45,630 nt of DNA, from contig CAYZDE010000002.1 in assembly GCA_964477205.1 (NCBI GenBank), positions 3,653-49,282 of the forward strand. Direction: 5' to 3'. This document shows positions 16,585 through 25,947 of this stretch, one piece after another (within the stretch, counting starts at the first letter, position 1; every line of letters starts with the position of its first letter). Made by a program: the position numbers and the translations under genes. The notes below the pieces were generated by a model, which saw nothing but the letters and a program-made list of their open reading frames with translations, had not been told where the DNA came from and ran no database searches. The stretch is from Candidatus Micrarchaeota archaeon. GTDB taxonomy: Archaea > Micrarchaeota > Micrarchaeia > Norongarragalinales > Norongarragalinaceae.

Positions 16585-16944
16585 TTAACGGCGCTTCTTA
16601 ACGATTTTAACCTTCGCGGGCGTCAAGAGAATCTTATTCTCGTCAATGCGCGCGATGTCACCGTTGATTTCAGCGGCGTGCTTGCGCATTGAGGCAATTG
16701 CGCTCTTGAGCTTCTGCGGGTTGCGCGCTATGGGCGTGATGTTCAAGAGGACGAGGTTATGGTTGTTCAACTCTTCCTCGACGATTTTCACGTCCGCTTC
16801 GGTTTGCAATGAAATGGGCTTCACGTAGAAATCCGCTGCTTCATGCATCACATCAATCTCTTCGGCTTCAGCAGCACTCATGAATTCGTCAATGTTCATT
16901 TCGCGCGACATTCCGAGAGCCCTACTCAAAGCCTTGAAAACCAT
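16585..16944 (-). CDS. sepF: SepF-like cell-division protein (DUF552)
   Basis: 119 aa. It has a short amphipathic N terminus followed by YVKPISLQTEADVKIVEEELNNHNLVLLNI...DIARIDENKILLTP. This matches the SepF core pattern (h.p..h.d...I.d.L..g..Vhlnl...). Confidence 0.7.
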   Translation of the reverse strand: MVFKALSRALGMSREMNIDEFMSAAEAEEIDVMHEAADFYVKPISLQTEADVKIVEEELNNHNLVLLNITPIARNPQKLKSAIASMRKHAAEINGDIARIDENKILLTPAKVKIVKKRR

Positions 16945-16997
16945 ACCAATTCACCATTCCTTATCAATTATTACAAGAGAATAATCTCTGTTTCTAA

Positions 16998-17915
16998 TTA
17001 CCCAACACGCGTTTTTAAATGCTTTCCCGCGTTTACAAGCAGCTCCCCGCGCTCGTTGAAAACGCGTTCGGCCCCACTCTGCTCTATAAACTCTAATAAT
17101 TCACTCTTGTCCGCGTGGTCACTCAAAGGGAATTGGGCGTCCGTTTGGAACGAGCGCGTTAGCGCCCAGCCCGTGGCCGCGGCGGTGCGCACCTCGCGAT
17201 TATAAAAGCGCTTGAGCTTGAAAGCAAGAACCCGGTTAACGCAGTTCAATGGCACGATTGCCGTGAACGCGCCATTCCGCAATGCCTCGGGCTCCGCCTC
17301 CGAGTCAATGAAATCCAGCTTAACTCCGTGGTCACGGTAAACCCTGGTTATGCGCGCGGATTCCCCGGAGAGCACGGGAATTATTCCGGCGTACTCATTC
17401 AAGCAGGCAACCAGCTCTTGCGTTTTCCCGAGGGCGTAACCGCCGATTATGCTCGTGTGGCCGCGGCGCTCGTTGAATTTAGCCCAACGCGATATGGATT
17501 CAAGGACTTGCTCTCGGTCAGGGAGCTCAGTGTCACCAAAAGTCGAGTCAACTACTAAATCATCGCATTCGGGTATTTCCGCGCCCTTAACTGTTAGTGA
17601 ATCAGACAGCTTGAAGTCGGGAGAGTAAGCGAACTTGCGGTCGCCCACCTGAGCGACGAGCTGGCGCGCGCCTAAAACGTGGCCCGCGCGTAATAACTTG
17701 AACCCGTTACGCCACCGCTCCCCCGCGAGGTTGAACCCGCGAGCTTTAAGCAAGTCCATGGTCGCGTCGGAAGCCATTACCCTGCGGCTCTTTTTCGAGG
17801 AGAAAGCGTGGTCCGCGTGGGCGTGGGAAATGAATACGTTCTCGTGGCGCGCGTCCAAGCCTAACTCGTCGTGCCCGTCGTTAAGGTAAACGCCCCGCCG
17901 ATTGAAATGGAACAC
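16998..17915 (-). CDS. Metallo-beta-lactamase-fold nuclease, beta-CASP-like (COG1236-type)
   Basis: HxHxDH motif (ISHAHADHA), VVDSTFGD (beta-CASP motif A-like) and a C-terminal LSDHAD. Confidence 0.7.
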   Translation of the reverse strand: MFHFNRRGVYLNDGHDELGLDARHENVFISHAHADHAFSSKKSRRVMASDATMDLLKARGFNLAGERWRNGFKLLRAGHVLGARQLVAQVGDRKFAYSPDFKLSDSLTVKGAEIPECDDLVVDSTFGDTELPDREQVLESISRWAKFNERRGHTSIIGGYALGKTQELVACLNEYAGIIPVLSGESARITRVYRDHGVKLDFIDSEAEPEALRNGAFTAIVPLNCVNRVLAFKLKRFYNREVRTAAATGWALTRSFQTDAQFPLSDHADKSELLEFIEQSGAERVFNERGELLVNAGKHLKTRVG

Positions 17916-17939
17916 GAATAGAGAACACGCGACGATTAT

Positions 17940-18512
17940 TTATGGCTTGCGAAGGAAAGCCAGGAAAGCCGTATGCGTTAAACCCGTGTTCACCGGGCGC
18001 GAGCCGCGCTCGCGCACGAGCCATTCGCGCTCGTTATTCTCCAAACACAATTCCAGCTCGAAGCCCGCGTTCACCGCGCATTCAACAAAACCGCGGAGCT
18101 GCTCAACGTGCGGCAAGTAACCGACGAGGAGCCCACCTGGCTTCAAATGCTCGAACGCTTCGGCAATCAACAAATTCGAGTCCCCACAATCCAAGAAAAC
18201 TAAATCCGCTTTCGAGCGCTGCCCTTGAAAAGCTTCCTTGCGAACGATTTTCACGACTTTCTCAAGCCCCGCCTTCTCCACGTTTTTTTGCGCTAAATCG
18301 GCAAAATCCTCGCGGCGTTCGAAAGAGTAAACCTTCCCCTTCGGGCGCACGGCATTACCCCAAATGATTGCTGCAAACCCGCTCCCTGCTCCCGCTTCGA
18401 GGACTACGTCCCCGCTCGATAGTCCGGAGTAAGCGAGCACCGCGCCGGCGTCCTTGCCGAGCACGACTTGCGGCCCGCGCTTGAGCTTCTTGAAGAATCG
18501 CCTTGGAAACAT
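17940..18512 (-). CDS. trmI: tRNA (adenine-N1)-methyltransferase, TrmI/Gcd14 family
   Basis: SAM-binding VLEAGAGSGFAA, DLVFLDCGD and HLKPGG. The start is taken at ATG 18512 (MFPRRFF...). The 66 codons upstream in the track ORF have no family resemblance and run into a divergent promoter. Confidence 0.65.
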   Translation of the reverse strand: MFPRRFFKKLKRGPQVVLGKDAGAVLAYSGLSSGDVVLEAGAGSGFAAIIWGNAVRPKGKVYSFERREDFADLAQKNVEKAGLEKVVKIVRKEAFQGQRSKADLVFLDCGDSNLLIAEAFEHLKPGGLLVGYLPHVEQLRGFVECAVNAGFELELCLENNEREWLVRERGSRPVNTGLTHTAFLAFLRKP

Positions 18513-18588
18513 GAATCGGTAAGCGCACTCCTCCCTTATATTATATAAGCAAGGGAAAGCGTGATTATTCGCGAGGCGAGAGAAAAAA

Positions 18589-19185
18589 ATGGAACGCGTT
18601 AGGAGGCTACACAAATTCTTCAAGTCGCTGGACTTTGTTGGGGAAAATGAAAGGGGCGGAAGGTTAACCCCGACGCGGTTCACCACTGAATTCGCTGAGA
18701 ACGAGGGCAATGGCTTGGACGCGCAAGTAACCTTGAAAATAGACCACCATCACATCGGAGCCGTAGCACTGGACAGGGAATTATTCCCGGAGAACTATGA
18801 CCCCTCTCGCGAGACCACGCCGAGAACGGACGCGGACAATAAAAGGAAGCTCGCTGAGAAGATTCGTGAGTTGGGAGTCCACGACGCGGAAATCAGCTCG
18901 ATTAACATGCAAAAGATGACGGACCACCGCTACGCTTACGGGAAAGTATTCACCATTAAAGGCATAACCGGCTCGAACGAAGCGGAACAAAAAGCCGTCG
19001 CCGAACTCGTGGAAAAACTCGCTAATTACCAGGCACTCGAGAAAAAATTATTGCCGTCCCAAAACGCCGAGCAATCCCATGAGGACGCGGAACTCGAAAA
19101 AGAAAAGTTCAACCTCGAAAGCCGCATTCGAATACTGAAAGGCAAGCTGGCCAAGGCAATAGGCGAACGACAAGATGGAAGTTAA
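18589..19185 (+). CDS. Hypothetical protein with a C-terminal coiled-coil-like region
   Basis: 198-aa ORF. A TATA-rich divergent promoter (TTATATTATATAAG, 18536-18549) lies upstream. No family was recognised. Confidence 0.4.
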   Translation: MERVRRLHKFFKSLDFVGENERGGRLTPTRFTTEFAENEGNGLDAQVTLKIDHHHIGAVALDRELFPENYDPSRETTPRTDADNKRKLAEKIRELGVHDAEISSINMQKMTDHRYAYGKVFTIKGITGSNEAEQKAVAELVEKLANYQALEKKLLPSQNAEQSHEDAELEKEKFNLESRIRILKGKLAKAIGERQDGS

Positions 19186-19501
19186 TCAAATAAGGCAAAG
19201 GCACGAAGTGCTCAATGGCAAGCTCGAAATGCTCGGGTTAAATCCGACGAATGAATTGTCAATCAAACGCGGTGAAAAAGGTAACTTCGAAGCAACCCAA
19301 CGATTCAAAGGCGCTGAAGATGCCATACGCCGCTTAGGGCTAACCAAAGAAAACTTCGAAAAGGCATTATCAAGAGAAATGCAGTTGCGTACGAAACCGG
19401 GCGGAGAGCGCGACAGTGACTCGCGTCTGCAATATACATTCAAGAGGACCGGCGACTCGCTCGAATTAATCGCAAGGCACTCCATTGGCTTCAAACGCTA
19501 G
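19175..19501 (+). CDS. Hypothetical protein (108 aa)
   Basis: The ORF overlaps the preceding one by 11 nt, suggesting an operon. No family was recognised. Confidence 0.4.
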   Translation: MEVNQIRQRHEVLNGKLEMLGLNPTNELSIKRGEKGNFEATQRFKGAEDAIRRLGLTKENFEKALSREMQLRTKPGGERDSDSRLQYTFKRTGDSLELIARHSIGFKR

Positions 19502-19558
19502 TGCGGCCCGCCGCCTTGCTTCAAGCTCTCTCGCGCATGAATCCTTCATCATCCATAA

Positions 19559-19630
19559 AGCCTCCGGAGGGCATTGAACCCTCGACCTCCTGCTTACAAG
19601 GCAGGCGCTCTACCACTGAGCTACGGAGGC
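19559..19630 (-). tRNA. tRNA-Thr (anticodon TGT)
   Basis: Minus-strand reading: GCCTCCG-TA-GCTC-AGTGGTA-GAGC-G-CCTGC-CTTGTAA-GCAGG-AGGTC-GAGGG-TTCAATG-CCCTC-CGGAGGC-T. Confidence 0.9.
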
Positions 19631-19693
19631 ACGCGTAAAGAGTTGATTGAAAACCAATAAAAAGCATGGGCATTCGACTATAATTCGATTGAA

Positions 19694-20335
19694 ATGAATA
19701 AGGCATTACTATTAGTATTATTGTTCTCGTTGCTCGCATTGCAAGTGAATGCCGTTTACTCGGTCGACGGCAAGCAAGTGCACGGGAATACCACGCTCGC
19801 TGCAGCTCCCTCGATAACCGTGGCGAACGAAAAGGGTTACGCGGTCACGGAAAACATTCAAGCCGTGGCCATAAGCCCTGACGGCCTCGAAGTCAAAGAG
19901 GAAGGCAAACTCATGCTGCCGTACGCAATTGAATCCAACGTCATTAACGCGGAAGTAGTAGCCGCCCAGGAAACGCACCGCGTACGCGTTACGCAGGAAG
20001 GCGAATTCGTGGTTCTCGAGTCTAACGGCGTTAAAGCGAACACAACGCAAATGGTGCAGATTCAAGAGCGAACCATGCTCGTCGCCCAACAGCAATTACA
20101 ATTAATGCCGGACCAAGCGCAAGCAATGGTGCAAGAGAAGCTTCAAGCACAAGTCCAGGCAATGGAACTCGTCAAGGACAACGAGGGGCTCGCCTACAAG
20201 GCACGCGTGCTCCAGCAAAAACAATTGTTGTGGCTCTTCCAAGTTAACGCGGAAGGCGACGCGTTCGTTGACGCGGAAACCGGCGAAGTGCGGAGCCCTC
20301 AAGGCCCGTGGTACTCATTCCTGTTCACCGGGTGA
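19694..20335 (+). CDS. Secreted protein with a Q-rich helical segment and a PepSY-like C terminus
   Basis: Signal peptide [20 protein letters not shown]. The C-terminal [32 protein letters not shown] resembles the PepSY motif. Confidence 0.45.
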   Translation: MNKALLLVLLFSLLALQVNAVYSVDGKQVHGNTTLAAAPSITVANEKGYAVTENIQAVAISPDGLEVKEEGKLMLPYAIESNVINAEVVAAQETHRVRVTQEGEFVVLESNGVKANTTQMVQIQERTMLVAQQQLQLMPDQAQAMVQEKLQAQVQAMELVKDNEGLAYKARVLQQKQLLWLFQVNAEGDAFVDAETGEVRSPQGPWYSFLFTG

Positions 20336-20564
20336 CCCTCCTTTCAGTGATGACGAACCTGACCTAGTCCCGGCAATGAAGAAGGCGAGCGCAATCGTCA
20401 TGGACATGGGCGGCTTAACCTGCCACGCGGCAATCATTTCGCGGGAGTTGGGAGTCCCGTGCATCGTGGACACGAATAATGCGACGAAAGTCTTCAAGGA
20501 CGGCGATTTCGTTGAAGTAGACGCGACGAAGGGAACCGTGAAGAAGGTTCGAGAAAGAGGGTAA
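20268..20564 (+). pseudogene. Isolated PEP-utilizing-enzyme mobile (phosphohistidine) domain fragment, a likely remnant of a PEP synthase/PPDK gene
   Basis: [37 protein letters not shown]...[14 protein letters not shown] is the C-terminal two-thirds of the swivel domain, including the catalytic His (TCH). No ATP-grasp or TIM-barrel parts are adjacent, and the 5' part overlaps the preceding gene in another frame. Confidence 0.5.
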
Positions 20565-20705
20565 CTAGAAAAGCTTTTAAAAACCAAGAGTAGCAATATG
20601 TTGGACATAGTTGACAGGATTAACATAACTATTTTTGGTGGAATAAAAAAGTGAATGCCGCGAAATTAAATTAGTGGCTTCGATGTTTAGGAGGTAAAAA
20701 AAACA

Positions 20706-21977
20706 ATGGCAGAAAAACCGCATTTAAACTTGATTTTCGTCGGGCACGTAGACCACGGCAAGTCCACTCTCGTGGGCCGCGTACTCTACGACACCGGCGC
20801 CTTAAGCGAGAACGACTTGCGCAAGCTCAAGGAAGAAGCCGCGAAAGTAGGGAAAGCGACTTTCGAATTCGCTTTCGCAATGGACACCCTCAAGGAAGAG
20901 AGGGAGCGCGGAGTTACCATTGACATCGCGCACAGGGACTTCAACACCGACAAGTACTACTTCACCATCATCGACGCGCCGGGACACAAGGATTTTGTTA
21001 AGAACATGATTACTGGCGCCAGCCAAGCTGATGCGGGCGTACTCGTTTGCAGCGCCAAGGAAGGCGTTCAAGCGCAGACCATCGAACACGCTTTCCTAAT
21101 GAAAGTGCTCGGCGTCGGCCAATTCATCGTCGCCATCAACAAGATGGACGCGGTGAACTACGACGAAGCCAAGTACAAGGAAACCGTAGCCGCGTTGAGC
21201 GCGAAAATCAAGCCCATGGGCTACCCGGTGGACAAAATGCACTTCATACCAACGAGTGCGTTCAAAGGCGACAACATCGTCAAGAAGAGCGAGAACACGC
21301 CTTGGTACACTGGAAAATGCTTTGTGGACTGCTTGAACGAGTTAACCGTCCCGAACAAGCCGACGGACAAGCCGCTGCGCTTACCCATCCAAGAAGTCTT
21401 CACGATTACCGGCCAGGGCACAGTACCCGTGGGCCGCGTTGAAGCAGGCATCATGAAGCCCGGCCAAAAAGTCGTCATCATGCCCGAAGGGATAACCGGG
21501 GAAGTGAAGAGCATTGAAATGCACCACCAATCCCTAACGCAAGCCGGACCAGGCGACAATGTCGGCTTCGCCCTTAAGGGCGTTGACAAGAAGTCGATTA
21601 GGCGCGGCTGCGTAGTCGGGGACCCCGTTAACCCGCCGACGGTAGTCGAAGAGTTCAAAGCGCAAATCGTCGTGTTGAACCACCCCACGGCAATCGGAAA
21701 GAACTACACTCCCGTATTCCACTTGCACACAGCACAGCTCGCGTGCGCAATCACGGAAATCGTGGAGAAGAAGGACCCGAAGACCGGCCAAGTGGTTGAA
21801 GGCGAAGGCAAGGACTTTTTGAAGACTGGCGACGTCGCCATCGTCAAGATCAAGCCTACCCGCCCGGTGTGCGCGGAGAAGTACAGTGACTACCCCGCAC
21901 TCGGCAGGTTCGCGATGCGTGACATGGGTCAGACCGTTGCCGCGGGCATCATCCTCGAGGTAACGCCCAGGAAATAG
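20706..21977 (+). CDS. tuf: Translation elongation factor EF-1 alpha (aEF1A)
   Basis: [14 protein letters not shown] and NKMD GTPase motifs; strong SD (TAGGAGGT) 9 nt upstream. Confidence 0.97.
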   Translation: MAEKPHLNLIFVGHVDHGKSTLVGRVLYDTGALSENDLRKLKEEAAKVGKATFEFAFAMDTLKEERERGVTIDIAHRDFNTDKYYFTIIDAPGHKDFVKNMITGASQADAGVLVCSAKEGVQAQTIEHAFLMKVLGVGQFIVAINKMDAVNYDEAKYKETVAALSAKIKPMGYPVDKMHFIPTSAFKGDNIVKKSENTPWYTGKCFVDCLNELTVPNKPTDKPLRLPIQEVFTITGQGTVPVGRVEAGIMKPGQKVVIMPEGITGEVKSIEMHHQSLTQAGPGDNVGFALKGVDKKSIRRGCVVGDPVNPPTVVEEFKAQIVVLNHPTAIGKNYTPVFHLHTAQLACAITEIVEKKDPKTGQVVEGEGKDFLKTGDVAIVKIKPTRPVCAEKYSDYPALGRFAMRDMGQTVAAGIILEVTPRK

Positions 21978-22053
21978 GCTATTCCAAGACGGAGGGGTTA
22001 ATAACTCCTCCCAACCCCTTTTATTAAATTTAAAGGAGTTTGGTCCCACAACT

Positions 22054-22359
22054 ATGCAAAAAGCGAGAATCAAACTGGAGAGCAAAGACTGCACGACCCT
22101 TGACGCGGTATGCAACCAAATCAAGGACATAGCGGGCAGAGCGGGCGTTCAAATGAAAGGCCCCATCCCCTTGCCGACCAAAAAACTAAAGATTTCAACT
22201 CGCCGAACGCCGTGCGGCGACGGCTCGGACACTTACGAGAAATGGGAGTTGCGCATTCACAAGCGATTAATCGAAGTGCAAGCGGATGACCGCGTGCTAC
22301 GCGAAATCATGCGCATCAAAATCCCCTCGAATGTGAACGTTGAAATCGAACTCGGCTGA
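22054..22359 (+). CDS. rps10: Ribosomal protein uS10
   Basis: 101 aa; ARIKLES...LD..C..I......G....GPIPLPTK pattern; conserved position after aEF1A. Confidence 0.95.
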   Translation: MQKARIKLESKDCTTLDAVCNQIKDIAGRAGVQMKGPIPLPTKKLKISTRRTPCGDGSDTYEKWELRIHKRLIEVQADDRVLREIMRIKIPSNVNVEIELG

Positions 22360-22404
22360 AAACCGACTCCCAAAATTTTGTTTTCACACGCGTTAGTGAA
22401 AACA

Positions 22405-22416
22405 ATAAAAAGCTTT
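22405..22416 (+). promoter_or_regulatory. BRE/TATA-like element (AATAAAAAGCTTT) about 28 nt upstream of tRNA-Ile
   Basis: The same A-rich plus AGCTTT box as upstream of tRNA-Ala, at the same distance. Confidence 0.4.
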
Positions 22417-22439
22417 ACCGCGCAAAGTATTAGTTCACC

Positions 22440-22514
22440 GGGCTCGTAGCTTAGTTTGGCTGGAGCGTTCGACTGATAATCGAAAGGTCGGGAGTTCAAA
22501 TCTCCCCGGGCCCA
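22440..22514 (+). tRNA. tRNA-Ile (anticodon GAT)
   Basis: Acceptor GGGCTCG/CGGGCCC, anticodon arm TTCGA-CTGATAA-TCGAA, T arm GGGAG-TTCAAAT-CTCCC, discriminator A. Confidence 0.9.
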
Positions 22515-22620
22515 CTCTAAAAAAAAAAACTATGTTTACAAGGATAAACCTCCTTATGAAAACAGACAATTACGGAAGTGAAGAACAGTAGAGACACAAA
22601 AGAATTTCAAGGAACTAGGA

Positions 22621-23886
22621 TTGAACGAGCGCCTACTCCTCACGCTCAAAGACGAAGGCTACGAGACGCCAACACCAATACAAGAACAAACCATACCCGC
22701 GATATTACAAGGGCGGGACGTTATAGGATGCGCTCAAACGGGCACCGGCAAGACAGCCGCGTTCGCACTCCCAATCATCCAGCTGATTTCAAACAAGAAG
22801 CACTCCCGCTCGCGTTGGGGAACAAGATGCCTCATACTCACTCCAACACGCGAGCTCGCAGCACAAATCTTGGAAAGCTTCCGCACCTACGGGAGGCACG
22901 TGCGCCTCAAGCAAACCGCCGTATTCGGGGGCGTGGGCCAACGGCCCCAAGTGAACTCGCTCTCCCACGGCGTGGACGTCTTGATAGCTACTCCGGGGCG
23001 CCTCTTGGACTTAATGGAGCAAGGTTACGCGCACTTCGATGACTTGGAGTTGTTCGTGCTGGACGAAGCCGACCGCATGCTCGACATGGGATTCATCCGC
23101 GACGTGGAACGAATCATTCGCGCCTTACCAACTAAAAGGCAGTCCTTATTCTTTTCAGCCACCATGTCTCAGGGGGTAATGCGCCTCTCGAGAGAAATAC
23201 TATCCGACCCTGTCGAGGCTTCAGTCGCCCCGAGCGCCACCACGGTGGAACTCGTAAACCAACACGTTTACTTCGTAGACCGAGAGAACAAGTTCAAGCT
23301 GTTAAAGAGCATTCTCCAAGACGATGACGTTGACAAAGCCCTCGTGTTCGCGCGCACCAAGCGCGGCGCCGACCGCATCGCCAAACAGTTGAACCGCGAG
23401 CGCGTGTCCGCGGACGCGATTCACGGTAACAAGAGCCAAGGCGCGCGCACTAACGCAATGAACAACTTCCGCTCGGGCAGGTCGCGAGTAATCATCGCAA
23501 CGGATTTGGCTGCGAGAGGAATCGACGTCGACGGGATAACCCACGTGATAAACTACGAGTTGCCGAACGAACCCGAGACATACGTGCACCGCATCGGACG
23601 CACCGCGCGCGCGGGCGCCTCCGGTTCCGCCGTGTCGTTCTGCGACTTGGACGAAACCATTTACTTGCACGACATCGAGAAGCTCACCCGCCAAGGCATA
23701 TCCGTGGTGGAAGAGCACCCGCTGCACTCGGAGAAAGCACACGCAGCGAAGCGCGAGCTCGAAGCCGGGCGAACGCCGCATGGAATCAAGCCCCCGCACA
23801 AGCGCTCGGGAGGAAACCGCGGCGGCTTCCGCCGCGGGCCGCGCCGCACTGCGAAGCCCAAGCACAAGTTGCGCAGGCGCCGCTGA
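22621..23886 (+). CDS. DEAD-box ATP-dependent RNA helicase (RhlE-like) with a basic RGG-type tail
   Basis: PTPIQ (Q motif), [23 protein letters not shown]. See the finding about the missing in-frame start codon upstream of the Q-motif Phe. Confidence 0.9.
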   Translation: MNERLLLTLKDEGYETPTPIQEQTIPAILQGRDVIGCAQTGTGKTAAFALPIIQLISNKKHSRSRWGTRCLILTPTRELAAQILESFRTYGRHVRLKQTAVFGGVGQRPQVNSLSHGVDVLIATPGRLLDLMEQGYAHFDDLELFVLDEADRMLDMGFIRDVERIIRALPTKRQSLFFSATMSQGVMRLSREILSDPVEASVAPSATTVELVNQHVYFVDRENKFKLLKSILQDDDVDKALVFARTKRGADRIAKQLNRERVSADAIHGNKSQGARTNAMNNFRSGRSRVIIATDLAARGIDVDGITHVINYELPNEPETYVHRIGRTARAGASGSAVSFCDLDETIYLHDIEKLTRQGISVVEEHPLHSEKAHAAKRELEAGRTPHGIKPPHKRSGGNRGGFRRGPRRTAKPKHKLRRRR

Positions 23887-23903
23887 AGCGAGAAAAAGTA
23901 AAA

Positions 23904-25322
23904 CTAGCGCTCCTTGATTCCAGTGCACTCCTCTTCGAGTAGGTCTTCTTCGGGAGTGGGAACCAAGCTCGTTTCCCACCAACGCGACTTCTTGAACCAA
24001 GCATAGCAAAAGAACACCATCAAGAACGAGCCGAGCGGGTACGACAATGCTAGGCCGTAAAAGCCGATTGCTCCCGCCGCGGCAATCGCAACGGACAAGC
24101 GCAATACTATCGTAACTAAAGACAACCCTAATGCCTGCAGCATATTACCGGAAGCGCGTGCAATGCTGACGAGGGTCATTCGCACTCCACCTAAGCCAAA
24201 TCCTAGGGAGTCAATGGCCATGTACAAGAAGGCTATTGACACTAAACCCGCGTCGTTCGGTAGGAACAAGCCGGCAAAGCCGCGGCCGAAGAGTAATAAT
24301 AAAGCCCCGAAGAAAGAGAGAGCCAAGAACGACAGGATAGCCCCTTCCCTGGCAACGCGAACCGCACGCTCTTTCTTCCCGGCTCCCAGGCACCGCCCGG
24401 CCATTATTCCCGCCGCAACGGATAAGCCCATTCCCGGTAGGAAGAAGAAAGTGCTTACGCGTTGGGCAACGCCGAACGCCGCGAGAGCCATGGTGCCGAA
24501 GCCGGCGGCGAGCGAAGTAATGATGACCGCGTTCAACGAATAAGTCATTCGGTCTAAAACCCCGGGAAAGCCGATTATCGTGAGTTCCTTCAACAAAGGC
24601 CAATCAAAGGAGAAGTTAGAGTAGTCCACGCGTACGCCGCGCCACCCGTAGTAGAGAACCGCAAAGCCGGCTACTGCGGAAAGCAACTCGGTCCCTATGG
24701 TAACCCAAGCAGCGCCGGCAACGCCCATCGCGGGAATCGGGCCAAAGCCATTAATGAAAATTGGGTCCAGCACGAAGTTCAATAGCACTGAAGCTAACAC
24801 TATCAACAGGGGCGTCCGTGTCTCTCCAACGCCGTTGAGCACTGACTGCTCGGCCATGAAGGCGAAAGAGAACACCATCCCAAAGAAAATAATCGACAAA
24901 TAACTGGTTGCATCAGGTAGAACGTCAGACCCAACGCCCATCGCCGCCAGTATCGATGGAGCCAGCAATAACCCTAACAAGACGAATCCCAATCCCACGA
25001 GCGTGGAAATCGCCACGGTCTGAGTAGCCACCTCATTAACCCGCTCGTGCTTGCGCGCACCGTAATACTGCGCCACTAGAATCGAGCCGGCAATGGAGAA
25101 GCCGCTCCCGAGCGTCCCGATTAGGAAGGTAACGGGAATGCACGCGGAAACCGCGGCTATCGCCCCAGCGCCGAGTTGCCCAAGCCAAAAAAGGTCGATG
25201 ACCTGATAAACCATGTGCAGGAAGAACACGAGCATTACGGGCAAGGCTAGCTTCAACAACGGAGCGACTATACTACCCTTAGTAAAATCCTTCTTCATTA
25301 GAAGAAAAGAAAACAAACCCAA
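23904..25322 (-). CDS. MATE-family efflux transporter
   Basis: 472 aa and about 12 TM segments. The N terminus (SIVAPLLKLALPVMLVFFLHMVYQVIDLFWLGQLG) is typical of NorM/DinF-type MATE proteins. Confidence 0.85.
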   Translation of the reverse strand: MGLFSFLLMKKDFTKGSIVAPLLKLALPVMLVFFLHMVYQVIDLFWLGQLGAGAIAAVSACIPVTFLIGTLGSGFSIAGSILVAQYYGARKHERVNEVATQTVAISTLVGLGFVLLGLLLAPSILAAMGVGSDVLPDATSYLSIIFFGMVFSFAFMAEQSVLNGVGETRTPLLIVLASVLLNFVLDPIFINGFGPIPAMGVAGAAWVTIGTELLSAVAGFAVLYYGWRGVRVDYSNFSFDWPLLKELTIIGFPGVLDRMTYSLNAVIITSLAAGFGTMALAAFGVAQRVSTFFFLPGMGLSVAAGIMAGRCLGAGKKERAVRVAREGAILSFLALSFFGALLLLFGRGFAGLFLPNDAGLVSIAFLYMAIDSLGFGLGGVRMTLVSIARASGNMLQALGLSLVTIVLRLSVAIAAAGAIGFYGLALSYPLGSFLMVFFCYAWFKKSRWWETSLVPTPEEDLLEEECTGIKER

Positions 25323-25335
25323 AAAAGAAAAAGGT

Positions 25336-25884
25336 TCACTTCGAGGCGTCGAGGGCGTCCGCCTTCGTCACGATGCCCTTAACCACACCCTTTGACGATA
25401 CGAGCACCGCCGAATGCGACTTCAACAACTCAAGCACTGTTTGAAACGGCGTGCCCGGCGAAACCTGCGGAAAACACTCCCCCATCAACTTCTCGGTAGG
25501 CGTTGACTTCAAGTCAACGCCGCTCGCCACTGCATCCAAGAGGATGGACTCGGAGACGCTGCCCACGATTACCCCATCGCGCACGACGGGCAATTGGGAG
25601 AGAGCGTTCTTCTTCATTAAGCGAGCGGCTTTCACCGCCGCTTGCTCGGCGCGCATTGCTTTAACTCCGCGATGCATCACGTCCGACGCCTTGAGCGAGC
25701 CCTCGTTCTCCAAGCGCGCGAGCGCGTCGAATAAAGCTTTCACTCGGGAATACGAGGCATCCGCCTTACCCGACTCGAGCTTGGCGACCAAGGATTGGCT
25801 TACCCTTGCCTCGCGCGCGAGTTGTGCTTGCGTGAGGCCGAGTTGCCGCCTTCGCGCCGCGAGTTCACGTGAATCCGGAAGCAT
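25336..25884 (-). CDS. Transcriptional regulator with an XRE-type HTH fused to a CBS-domain pair
   Basis: The HTH is LGLTQAQLAREARVSQSLVAKLESGK. Two CBS-like units follow (VMHRGVKAM...LPVV, and a second ending in VKGIVTKADAL). Confidence 0.75.
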   Translation of the reverse strand: MLPDSRELAARRRQLGLTQAQLAREARVSQSLVAKLESGKADASYSRVKALFDALARLENEGSLKASDVMHRGVKAMRAEQAAVKAARLMKKNALSQLPVVRDGVIVGSVSESILLDAVASGVDLKSTPTEKLMGECFPQVSPGTPFQTVLELLKSHSAVLVSSKGVVKGIVTKADALDASK

Positions 25885-25899
25885 ATTCCAATCGGAATA
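25884..25899. promoter_or_regulatory. Inverted repeat TATTCC-N4-GGAATA in the divergent regulator/metK control region (candidate operator)
   Basis: Read directly from the sequence. It overlaps the regulator start codon and lies about 20 nt from a TTTATA box (25917-25922). Confidence 0.25.
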
Positions 25900-25947
25900 A
25901 TATTGTCAGTAGATTATTTATACCTTCGCAACCGCATTAATTGAAAG

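Noticed and set aside
19521-19739. ORF 19521-19739 (minus), and similarly 22257-22499 (minus)
   Set aside because: Each overlaps a confidently folded tRNA gene (tRNA-Thr and tRNA-Ile respectively). The ORFs are artefacts.
22578-23042. A 154-aa Arg-rich ORF overlapping the helicase 5' region
   Set aside because: It is an alternative frame of the DEAD-box helicase gene with a low-complexity Arg/Pro/Thr translation. Only its first 8 codons may be relevant (see the frameshift finding).
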